Assembly (NCBI GenBank): GCA_002633005.1
Contig: NMRA01000150.1
Span: 444,945 to 508,944 of the forward strand
DNA from: Phoronis australis
Taxonomy: Eukaryota > Animalia > Phoronida
Direction: 5' to 3'
DNA length: 64,000 bases
The notes under the pieces are model-generated. The model was not told the origin of the DNA, did no database searches, and was given only the letters and a program-made list of their open reading frames with translations. This document shows positions 37,101-48,400 of this stretch, piece after piece (the stretch's first letter is position 1; each line of letters opens with the position of its first letter). The translations under genes and the position numbers were made by a program.

Positions 37101-40100
37101 TAGGGTGTCGTTGATATGTTTGATAGTTTTAGCAGCAGAGAAGCACGGTTGTGTCAACTGCATACATGCTAACTTTACGCGGTTTTACTGATCTGTTAAA
37201 GAGGCCCGTAACGCAATGAACAGACTAAATTGCAATATTGAGAGTGGTTCTCTACCACACTGAAACAGAACTCAACCTGTTTACTAGGTATTTTTAGGAT
37301 TTGTTCGTAAAGATTTTTAATTTCTGTTAATAGTAAAGCATTTTCTTTTAGTTTCAAAAATCAAAAACAAGATCTGTCAACTGCTCGCCACTTTGTCAAT
37401 TTTTCTCCCACAATGCAAAGCACATCTCCTTAGCTGGAATAGCAAGACATAGACGTAGCACATTTCCCTTATATAGAAAATGTGACCTTTGACCTTAAGT
37501 GACTTTAAACAACTGACTGTGAGCGCATGAAAGCATTTATCATAAGTGGGAGGCAGGTAAGAAACTCTGTGGTAACCACAGGGTTTTTCCTTCGCGCGTA
37601 TTTCAACAATCGTGAAATTTGTGAATTTTTTGGAAATTTCCTCACAGAGGAAAGTAATTACCCTGTACTAAACGTTGCGAGATGATACTTTCTACAGGAA
37701 TTGTTTATAAGATATTTTTGACGAGCGTTCGCGTTCCATGCCTATATTAGCATCGTTTACATACATGTAAAGCAGGTCCAACATTTACGCTTTGACACAG
37801 CGCCACCTATACGGAATTCCTTGCCTGGGCATCAATGCGCATGCCTTGGTCAGAAGTATACCGATCGCATCGCTACCATGCACTTGCACACGCTTTTATG
37901 CACTGGTGGGGCTTAAATCACCGGATCGGGGTTCCTTGATTTTGTTAACTTCGACCAGTGCCCATTTTGATAAAATGCAACTATTCAAGTCGCCATACTC
38001 GGTCGCTGTAAACTGAAAGGGGTTTCCCAGATTTCAACCAATGGGAACGACTGGATGTTATGACGTCGGTTTTATTACTTAAACCAATAAAAAGCCATGT
38101 TAAACATGCGACAGTACCACTGTGAACTCTTGGTGGATACCACTCTTCACATGAAGTGACAGTGCTGTCACCCGCTCACGTCCGTGGCTCACCAACGACT
38201 ACGTAAATCATCAGCAAACCACTTCAAGTTCGATCTCACACAGGCTATGGTGAGAGAGTAATCTGATATGGTCAACCGTATCGATTCAAAGTTTTTTGAG
38301 GTCGACAAAAATACCCATGTTGTAAATAGTCCACGAATATCTCAAGAAAAGTTCAAGTCATCACAGATTGTGCGGGGAGACATCCCGACTGCGAGGCAAC
38401 CTCCCGACTGTGCGGGGCGACATCCCGACTGTTCGTCACTTGGTATGCGTAATGTTGAGGATGTGCATTCATTTTTAAAATTTTTAAAACAACGTGGACG
38501 ATAATTAGTTACGCGATATTTACCGCCCTCCTTGCGAAAAAGGCGCCATTTTATCCTCTTCCATGCGACTGATATTAACTGTATCTAGTGATTTGTTCAA
38601 AGTAAATGTCAGCGATTTACTGTCAGCGATTCCGCAGACTTCTGAGTTCACTAGGAGGTACCTCGTCGGTACAATTAATCTGAGTTAAAGTGATTTGAAC
38701 GACGCGTATCGGGAAAATTTTGGGCTTGTTTCGAATGCATATAAAAGTAGAGTAGGAAATCACAAAAATATCTAGAAGTTTTATTTTGAGTACAAAGACT
38801 AGAGATCGAACCTGGGTGGATGTAAAAGTCACCGATCCCACGTGATCAATTGAACTGCTTGCTGAACGTCTCCCACTGGGTTTATGGATAAGTTTCAGGC
38901 AACTGATTGGAGATACTGGAACTCTTCGATCAAACGGTATTTCGATATAATGGGTTGTCAGGCAGGGGCGAGCTTTGGGTCATTGGGCTGTCAGGGATGT
39001 CCTATGCACGTGAGTCGCTGAAAAGTCTGCCTAGTGTTACTCGATTCAACGATACGTAATACGTAACGTATCCATTATCTGTCATATTGGATAATTCCTG
39101 AGAGGCAATAAAACACTTAGAGAACGTTTAGAAAACTAGCTTGCCGCCAGATATACTTCATTGAAAGTTAAATCAGTTTTTGGCAATAGTAAGATTAAGA
39201 AACGGACGATCGGCGCCCAAATAAAAAAGTTCGTGTTCAAGGAACACCTCAGAGAATAGCAACATATACAGGCATTGTGTTAGCAACAATCACCAAGCCA
39301 ATTCAGTTAGTATTATCTGCAGACAACCTAATAAGGAATTACTGTACATTAAAGAGTCATTGGCCATTCCGCCGAACCAGCGTGCTACTGATTCTCTGCA
39401 TAACATGCTGAGATCAGTGACCCCGTAACTATGGTGATGACCAGCTACTCACTATTCCCTGTATCTCTCACTTCATTTTATGGATGTTACCCGAGCTGTA
39501 TGTTAGCACTTGTCGTCCTTTGTAAATAATTATTGTGGTGATGTCTGATGAATAGACGAAACGTTGACTGAACATGAACTTGTTTATTTGTGCGGCGATC
39601 GTCCGTTTTTTAAACTTCATTGAAAGGTCATTTGATTATGCTCGTACCTGCAAGTAACCGAAAGCTGCGACTGAGTTGATAAGGTATTGGTGACATGAAT
39701 GGTTAACGACGCCTTGACGACCGTGTTGCAACCCTTATACACTTGTACTCTTCCAACATTGTCTCCATCGAACTTAGCCACAACAGATATGATCGGCTTC
39801 TGTTCTTCTGCAGACGCCATGAGAAAAGACTGGAAACAAAAAGCAATGAATTCACTACAATCCGTTAAGTTTCACTTAATGATACCCGAGTGGTTCTTGG
39901 GTTTTTCATTTTATTGCCTGCCTGAAGATAAGACATGGCCTGTCTCGAATTCTAGCCGTTACAGGTATTTAATATAACAATTCTTATGATTCCTCTTAGC
40001 GATCTTCTCTATAGTTGTCCTGCAGATGATGGACAAATATACAAAGAGTTTGAGCGAGCACGAATGAAAATTGAAATGGAGTGGATGTATGAACATTGTA

Positions 40101-42929
40101 CTGGAATGGATGTATGAACATTGTAATGGAGTGGATGTATGAACATTGTAATGGAGTGGATGTATGAACATTGTAATGGAGTGGATGTATGAACATTGTA
40201 ATGGAGTGGATGTATGAACATTGTAATGGAGTGGATGTATGAACATTGTAATGTAGTGGATGTATGAACATTGTAATTGTAGTTGCTAACGTAATTGCAA
40301 CACTTCAGGCATTGACCCAAATTGATTGTTCTGATAAATGACCACCTCTGTGTTTAATGTCCGTACTTGGGTAATATTTACCGCTCACTCGTTTATTTCT
40401 GAGTTTCTCTGTTTTGTCATCCTAGGCCTTAATCCGGACGCAAACGCAGAGCAATTTAATGAAGTTTCAGCCCTTGAAAGGGCCGAAAGTTTCAAGGCAG
40501 CAATGCGACTGAAGAGGATGACGTAAGCATCTGACTACCTGCAGTTTAAAGTAAATCATCTCGGTGAAGTTGCTTGTCCCGTTGTGGTATTGAAAACAAA
40601 CTATGGAACGCGATAAACAGACCTAATTGCAATATTGAGAGTCATTCTTTGCCACAGAAACGGAATCCAAACTGCTCATCAGGTAGGGTTTCTTCCTAAG
40701 GATTTTTAATTTCTGTCGATATCAAAGCATTTTCTTTTAGTTTCAAATTTCAAGGAAAAAACGATCTGTCAATTGCTTGGCACTTCGTCGGCTTTTCTCC
40801 CACAAGCCAAAGCACGTCTCTTTATTTGGTATGGCAAGACATAGACCTAGCACATTTCCCTTAAATGGAAAATGTGACTTATGAACTCAAGCAACTGAAT
40901 GTGAGTGCATGCACGCATTTATTATAAATGGTAAGGAGAATACAAATTTTGTGAAAATCAGAATAATTATCCGCGCGTATGTCAAAAATCTTTAATTTTG
41001 TGATTTTCTGGATTTTTCCTCACAAGTTAAAGTGAATTACTCTTTACTAGACGTTTCGTGGTGGTACTTTCTTCACGAATTGTTTAAAAGGTATTTTCGC
41101 GTTCCATGCCTCTTTAAAATCAAACATGAAAGCCAACAGAAACTTCAAATGTGAGGTTGAACCTAGCTGAGAATAAGAGTGGAATATGCAGGCCCTACAT
41201 TGCAGGGATGGGTGGGTCCTACGCTACAGCAATGAGTGTAACCTACATTACAGCTGTCGTCGATCTTTGTTCAATAACAGTAGAATGGGTGGGCCGTACG
41301 CTACAGCCAACGTCGATCTTTGAGCGCGACCTCAGGACAACTGAACGTCGGCGCTTGTATAACTTACTCGGTATCTATTAGAGGCTATATGGTGCAAGCT
41401 GCGGTACCAAACCATGGCGCTTTACAGGAATTATTTAAATATGCTATGTACTCTATTGAAGGCCATGGACTTATATTCAAATAACATGACGCCGCGGGCG
41501 TTTATCCAAACAACACACCGTACCATATTTTTTCTGCTAATCACAATAACCACTATAAATACTGCTGAAACACGGAATAATATCAACAACAACAACAAAA
41601 AACAACAACAACAAACAACAATAATAATAATAAACTTCATTAAGAAACATGCTTTAGCCACAGGCTAATATACAGGATGGTCCTCTCACAGCAATAAATT
41701 AAATTAAATAAATTAAACAAGAAATCCAGTTACGTTAAATAAAATGAATATTTTACAAATTGAATTTACAAATTGAATTAAAGATAAATTAAAATCTTTA
41801 TATGGTATGTACAATGAATTTTATAGAGAACAAGTGACTGGAAACGAACGGAGGGACAGCTATGATGACCACATCCACAGGTAACTGATGAATTTGTGTC
41901 TGACGTCATCATAACCATCAGTCTCCTTTAGGCTATTTGTTAAATCGTTCCATTGTCAAATAGCTTGAATAAAATTCGAAGTTCTGTGTCTGGGGACAAC
42001 AAAATTGTTTAAGGAAGAAAATCTGGTCCGGATTTGGTGTCTGTTTCGAACGAGTAATACGTTACGAGAAAAATAAGTTGGTACATTATTGTGAAAACTC
42101 TTACGCACCACACACAGAGTGACGCCTATATGTATAGAATATATATCAAAAGGCAGCCATCTCAGTCTCTTAAACATATAAGTTGATATAGTGTCAAAAG
42201 GCACACCGAGAATAAATCTGGCCGCCTGCTTCTGAGGAGGATGGATAAAGCCACGGACATGTCATGTCATGTAAATCCTTGCTTCAACCAGTCTATGAAC
42301 AGGTTGAATAAATGAAACCGAACAGCCCCGCCGTTTTGTGATTTAAGATATCACGTGAGGCCCAACGACACCTGTGGAAGAAAAGTGTTTGTATTTGTCT
42401 GGCAATTTTATTTTAGTCACTAATTTTGTTTGTGGTCGTCTCAGTTGAAAACTGTTGGAATTTTCACACGTTTTATCGGTAAGGTTAATTAAATGGTTTA
42501 GTCAATAAAACATTTCATTAATTACCTTCGAAACAATATACGATATTCAGGACTGATTCAATCAATGATGTACAACTTATGTTCATCCTCCGTAAATACG
42601 AGAACATTTAAATCAATTTTGCCTCTTCAAATCAAGCCGCGTGAAAATATTTCGCACGGGCAAGATTACGCGGAACTTCAGTAGAAAGAAAATTGTATAA
42701 CACGTTTTCTTAAAAACATGCTCTATTTCCATAGGATAAAATCCTAAAGACAAGTGTGATCAAATTGCCTGGAATCACCTTCAGAGAGCATGACTACAAA
42801 TTATTAAAAGTTCATGTCTCAATTTCTTGGCAATTATAAGAGCAAAAACGTTAAACAGACTACTTTAGCTTAGAAATGTATTAAATGTTAACTTACCGAA
42901 GCAAACACAAATAGGAAAAACTTGGTCAT
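19193..42929 (-). CDS. Secreted EGF-like (4 x calcium-binding) + MAM domain protein, nephronectin/EGFL6-like architecture, about 472 aa; exons 42929-42897, 39829-39648, 35808-35555, 31790-31668, 30461-30339, 29878-29756, 29034-28915, 28504-28413, 22878-22609, 19291-19193
   Basis: Ten GT-AG exons join in one open frame (phases 0,2,1,1,1,1,1,0,0; 1419 nt). Signal peptide [18 protein letters not shown]; four phase 1-1 cbEGF exons (DVNEC.., DVNEC.., DVDEC.., DMNEC.. with C.N..G.Y.C.C); MAM motifs [13 protein letters not shown]...[10 protein letters not shown]...LSVY...W and [15 protein letters not shown]; AATAAA downstream at 19162 and 19143. The EGF and MAM exons are firm; the 5' linkage is less certain. 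Confidence 0.75.
19548..19762. repeat. Minisatellite, about 30 bp unit, about 7 copies
   Basis: caacacgacactgggctcctgatccaatacc units. Confidence 0.92.
19915..21600 (-). mobile_element. hAT-family transposase pseudogene (C-terminal and dimerization region); partly duplicated across an assembly gap
   Basis: Minus-strand translation gives [12 protein letters not shown]...IFGVSWRY..., [15 protein letters not shown] and [19 protein letters not shown]...RKLDF, matching the hAT dimerization domain (ERSFS.L..K..LRS.M); several stops and frameshifts. Confidence 0.75.
23778..23922. mobile_element. G/C-rich DNA transposon (hAT-like MITE) terminal sequences, tandemly duplicated
   Basis: Two copies of atgggcgg.gcacca.agggg..ctg.ggg......cccccactttttcagt; a related opposite end lies near 25605-25655. 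Confidence 0.45.
32118..32360. repeat. Interspersed repeat fragment, homologous to 37795-38000
   Basis: Shared acagcgccacctata..., ttggtc.gaagt, cttgattttgtt.acttcgac and tgcaactattcaagt in the same order. Confidence 0.7.
33390..33770 (+). mobile_element. THAP zinc-finger relic of a DNA transposon (probably Kolobok) with its upstream region
   Basis: From ATG 33554: [16 protein letters not shown]...VTFWAFPK..(fs)[16 protein letters not shown]...(fs)ICSK, a THAP pattern (C..C, FP, W, CS.H) with lesions. 33390-33500 matches the interior of the Kolobok-like copy at 50120-50222 in reverse. Confidence 0.7.
34921..35074. mobile_element. Short palindromic MITE; second copy inverted at about 63565-63702
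   Basis: cgttcagtagacgctaggaccta ... taggtcctagcgttactgaacg inverted ends; near-identical reverse-complement copy at the end of the window. Confidence 0.75.
37196..37748. mobile_element. Kolobok-like non-autonomous element, family B, copy 1
   Basis: TTAA|AGAGGCCCGTAACGC ... GCGTTCCATGCCT; colinear with 40603-41117. Confidence 0.7.
40074..40276. repeat. Minisatellite, 25 bp unit, 8 copies
   Basis: aatggagtggatgtatgaacattgt units. Confidence 0.95.
40603..41117. mobile_element. Kolobok-like non-autonomous element, family B, copy 2
   Basis: atggaacgcga ... tcgcgttccatgcctct|TTAA; homologous to 37196-37748. Confidence 0.7.
41950..42235 (-). mobile_element. CR1/L2-type LINE ORF2 C-terminal fragment
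   Basis: [28 protein letters not shown]...[11 protein letters not shown]...H..RTR fits the post-RT motif Q..AAR.I.......S..L...L.WL.......K......P.Y. Confidence 0.75.
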
Positions 42930-44712
42930 TTTTGTCTGTTAGATGTTTCCTTCGGATTGTGTCTTTTCTAGCTTGTTACCGATCTTGCTTTGTCCACTTT
43001 CAAATCATTAGCGTGGGTTTTACTTACAATGCAATTCAGACGATTGGGATCTGACATTACATATATGCGTCACCTGCTTATGAATAATGGGCGCTTAGGG
43101 GTGTTTTCTCTGTCATTATTAGTATTTCATCGTTATTATCTCATTCCACAGTCAGAAGGTTATTACTAACGTACCCATTTGAGGAAAATATGAACTTCAA
43201 GATTTTCTTTCATTTTTCCACGCAATGAAGAAAATGCGTTATTTTTTTCATATATTCGTAGTAGGAATGTGTATTGCGATTACTCAAAATACTTCATCAC
43301 TTTGAATGACTTAAGTATATAGTGTGTCGACATATATAGCGCGCTATTCTATGTTGATGGTCGTGACCATGGATACAGTGTCTATATAGAGTCTATATAG
43401 AGTGTATATAGAGTCTCTATATGGTCACAACTATCAGTGTAACAAGAATAGAAACTAGAGCCTGTAATTCGACTAACCAAGAAGCGAGACGAACGCTTTA
43501 TAGAATATCTTTTTCTATTTTGATTTGATATGTCTTACACCTTGAATCTTGTAATGGACCAAGGCCAATCAATGAACGTATATTGTATTTAATGAAATAC
43601 CTTTAGGCATTCATTAGCGTTAACAGAATTATTAAAGTTTGACAATAATAAGTAGCGTTCTAAGACTCATGTTCATACTGAAGTCGTTCAGCATTTAATT
43701 CCAAAATTCAATGCGCCAACGCCAAGGATATTTGTCGAGTTTGATATATGTAACCCCCTCTTGTTGCAACAACAAACTGCACATGGTTTCTAGAAAGTTC
43801 TAATGTTTCAAGTTACGTTTAGCAACCGTAAGAGACGAAACGTGGTGTAATTACAAAATTTCATCATCTGTAATAGAATGGCTGCAGGACACTGAGGGTA
43901 TTGAACTGGAACCTCGTTGTACAACACTTCAGGGCGGCAGGTGGCGCCGGTGGATTATTAATAAAGATGCGTTAGCCAGATTTATTTGAAAGATTTATGT
44001 AATATTTTTGATGCTGGCCGATGATCACGAATTGTTGTGTCGCCTCTCCGAGTTCCTCCCCCCTCCGGAGAGGGTTCCGCATGTACACCCCTCAGGCTGT
44101 ACACAAGTCCGTGCCCTGACTGTTGCATACTTCTGTATGACTAACTATAAATTGCTTCACACTAGTTCAAAGGCTTAGTTTTGATCCCTTATATTTACCG
44201 TCTGTATTAATGAACTTATACGCACCGACATTGTGTTCCCCTCGTATTCGTCACTGTCTTAATCTTATTTTCTTAACTTAGAATATACAATACTTGTAAA
44301 ATCTTGCACCTCCATTTTGGTTGATATGAATTCTTTTCAGACTGGTCATGGTTCACATGTATCAGTCTTATCATCGTTTACAGCATTATTCTTAAGAAAT
44401 CGTTTTTGGTCAGTGATGGGAATTCGTATAAATTACTACAACTGGTGAAAAAAATAGATCTTACATTACAACAATCGTTGATATTAATTTTTATCAACAT
44501 CTTATATCGTATCAATACCAATCTTTATCAATATCATATAGGCCTACCATATCATACAGTATCAATTTTTATCAACATCATCATGCCAATTTTACAATAT
44601 GACTCTTATCAACGTCTTATATCATGCCATACCATTCGTAGAAATAGTCAAAATTAATCTATTTTAAGAATCATGTATGATAAATTTTATCAACCAAAAT
44701 TGCTTGTATAGC

Positions 44713-44850
44713 CTACACCTGTCGTACACGCGCAGATATAATGCCTGTGTACACCTGTCGTACACGCGCAGATATAGTGCCTGTGTACACCTGTCGTACA
44801 CGCGCAGATATAGTGCCTGTGTACACCTGTCGTACACGCGCAGATATACC
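44713..44850. repeat. Tandem repeat, 36 bp, about 4 copies with degenerate continuation to about 44975
   Basis: tacacctgtcgtacacgcgcagatatagtgcctgtg units. Confidence 0.9.
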
Positions 44851-45476
44851 AGTAGTGCCTGTTATAGGCCTACACTGACTTCATGTGCAGATACAGTGCC
44901 TGTGCACAGATGTCGCGGTGCACGCGCAAGTATAGCGCCTGTATACGCCTGTCGTGCTTACGCAGATATAGCGCCCTTTCTTGGTCAGCTATAAAACATA
45001 TGCTGAAAAATGTGGACCTCGCCAAAGTAGGGGCATCGGTCGGTTTGTGAACTACCAAAAATTTGTAACATCTTGTATGCATAAATTCTATTGTGGATGA
45101 AAAAAATATTTTAACATTGTCAAATGAGGGTTATGGCCAGGGTGGCTATATATTTATTTAATTTCGTCGTCTCTTTTGTAATTGATTAAAAAAGTAATTA
45201 TCTGATTTAATACTATATAATTATGTAGTACGACATCGCCAAAAACCTATCCCCCGACTTTGATATCGGCGAGACCACAGCGCACTCTATTGAATCAACG
45301 AGTACTTACCGCGACAGAACGACATCTATTGATCAAGGTGAAGGTCACTTCCATGTAGAGTGTTGTGTAACGAGTTACACCGTTGTAAAGTTATTTTCTC
45401 CGTTCCTCCTTCACATATATACTGGACCTCAATGAACCTTTAGTTGTTTGTGTGTTAAACCTTAAGTCCAAGGAGT

Positions 45477-48400
45477 ATGTTGAAGTCGGCAATGCCACTG
45501 TATGCCCGCTGTTTGGGTCACCTGAGGGTAGAAAACTGCTGTCGATCACTCGCCTCGGTCACAGCACCTGCGATGAGACTAGTCTTACGTGAAGACGAAG
45601 CGTCTGTATCCTGTAATTTACCGAACATTGCGTATCATAATTTCTGTATCTCGAATAGAGTGGATAAGCGTTTCCAGCACAGTGCTGCTGTCAAAGGTGG
45701 CAACCGAAAGCAAGGCTTTCTGTCGCGCTTGCTGGAGTCTACGGGTTTCAAGGCAGAGCGGATGCGGTATCAAAAATCAGTTCTAAAAGTTGCTGGCTGT
45801 AATCTGTATGTGTGTTTAACAACATTTGTGAACTATGACGAGTTTATGAAAGAATTTGGTTTGCCCGACACTCTTAATTCCTGGTTTAGAGTTAATGAGC
45901 TTCATATGTGGCTGACATCAGTTCGACTCATGCAAGAGGTACGTTACTTTAAGGCAACTTGTAAGGGGGCTGTTTTTGGGTTCCTGATAAAACATGTGAG
46001 GCTGTTTGGCACTAGTCGGATATAATAGAGCCTTACTTATGCAAAATAAATCATTAAATGTACTCCACAACTCCACATGAATGATTTTGGTACCGTTGCT
46101 ATTCCTCAGACATGTGGCTATCTGCCAATATCCATTTCATGACCCTCAATTACTCTGGTTGAAAACTATGGTATTGCGAAGTTGGTCCACTTCAGCCATG
46201 CAGATTATCAATTCGGCAGCCATTTCAGGGAACTTACTATACCTACCGCCATCTATTGGTGATCTGCTACAACACGTGCTGTTCCTTTTTCACCAGTCTT
46301 GAGTGGGTCACTTTGGTGGGCCTCTGTGACTTTAATGTAGTGGACCGATCAAGATGAAACTTGGGGTCTGACCATTTGGAGGATTGGCCTTTCAAAAAAC
46401 AGAAAATAAAATTGAAGACAAGAAGTTTTTTGACTGAAAAAAATTTTGTCTCCAATTCTTCTACCTTAATGTAGTGGACCGATCAAGATGAAACTTGGGG
46501 TCTGACCATTTGGAGGATTGGCCTTTCAAAAAACAGAAAATAAAATTGAAGACAAGAAGTTTTTTGACTGAAAAAAATTTTGTCTCCAATTCTTTTAATT
46601 TCAGAGTGACATAGAATGTTGAGAAACTAAAGCCCACCAAGTTTGAGTTCGATCGGATCATTAATAAGGTCACACAGTTTGATCAAATTTGAAAAGCGTC
46701 ATTTTTAGACCTTGTAGCCGTGTCTGGATACAGGGATGAGTTGAAATTATTACTGGAGAAGCCATTTGTATAACACACTTTATTCGGTGCAGCATTGGCA
46801 AACGATAGAGTTACAGGTGAGGCAAAAAAGTGTCTGAACAAGCGTTAAAGGGTGAAACCGAACAAGCGGTTATCTGCAATAAAGAAAAACACACAGTCTG
46901 AGTACTCAGCAAGTACTATATATATCAGAACGTTAAAAAGACTAGCAACAAAGACTATATTACAGGCCTAACAAATACTACCTCGCTAACAATACACAAT
47001 TAACTGGAACCCGTACTATCTATTCTACAACTGGGATCCATTACCATGCACAAACAACTACCTAACTGCGACCCATAACTATTTATCCTATGTACCGGGT
47101 ACCGCTCAACATATACGCCAAACAAGCAGCTGAATGAAATTATACATTAAACAACAACTATACACGCTCTGAACTTAGCTAGTAGATACACATGAGTACA
47201 ACATGCTATGCCATAATACTCAGTACTTACAACAGTTTGGCCGACAGTCTGTGTTTAAGCTAAAAGTTCCAGCATCCGAGGAAAACACAAGATTCGCGTT
47301 ACAGATCTTGTCAACGAATGCCGCTATACACGAGAAACGCTAGTCACCAAAACCCGCGTAACATACAGAGGCTAATACCTAATAATAGCCGACCGGTCAA
47401 GCTCATTAGACTATGCAAATGCTGTTGTAACCACTGGAATGAACCGGCTTACTAAAAGAAACCAAATCACAGCGGCGAAAGATGTACTGCTACCTCGAAA
47501 GAAAATAAACAGCGTGATGAGTAAATGAAACACAATGACAGTAATGACTTTTTAGCACCAGAAAAGATTTTACCCCAATTTTAAAACTTATTTCATTGTT
47601 GGATAGCCCTTTACTCACTGACTCCAAAAACCTAGGTTGACACTTCTGGTGAGCCCTAATAAGTTCACATCGAGGGATCGAAGTTAGAAAATTGGGAGAG
47701 TCTGTGACTTTGACCTTAAATCTTGATCCTGAAAGAGAGAGTAACCTACTAATAATACACGTTTGGATACTTGTATTTTAACCATGCTTCAAAAATGTCT
47801 CGGTTCGGTAGTCTTCAGGTCACTGGTCATGAACATGCGAGTTCGCAAACTATGGCTCATTTTGACACAACTTTTCTGATATTTTGAAGGGGGTGGGTCA
47901 ATTTTGGGCACTCCTGGGCCCTTACTAAGGCCGGGAAAAGTACAATAATTACATTTCTGGAGAGGAGAGACAGGGGGCTATCAGATGCACAAATAATTTT
48001 TGAAATCGAAAACAAAATAATTTTGGACCCCAAGAAGGACCCTTGGGTGGGTCACTTTGACCTTAGATAGAGGACCGATCAAGCTGAAACTTGGGGGCTG
48101 ACCGTTTGGAAGATTGACCTTTCAATTAAAAACAGAAACTTTAAAATTGAAGACAAAATGTTTTTCAACCGAAAAAACCCTAAGCCAAGGGTTTTTTGAG
48201 GACCAAAAATTTTTTTGTCTCCAATTTCAAAAATTCTTTAGATCGACGTGGAGTGCTGAGAAACTAAACCCCACCAACTTTGAGTTCAATCGGATCACTA
48301 ATAAGGTCACATGGCAAGATCAAAGTCAAAAAACGTCATTTTTAGACTTTTTCGCGCCTTAAAAATTTTTGACTGATTTCAAAACTTCTTTTTTTGTTGG

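Noticed and set aside
39546-39570. ctgatga-atagac-gaaa minimal hammerhead
   Set aside because: No helix II base pair, no valid NUH triplet and no helix I.
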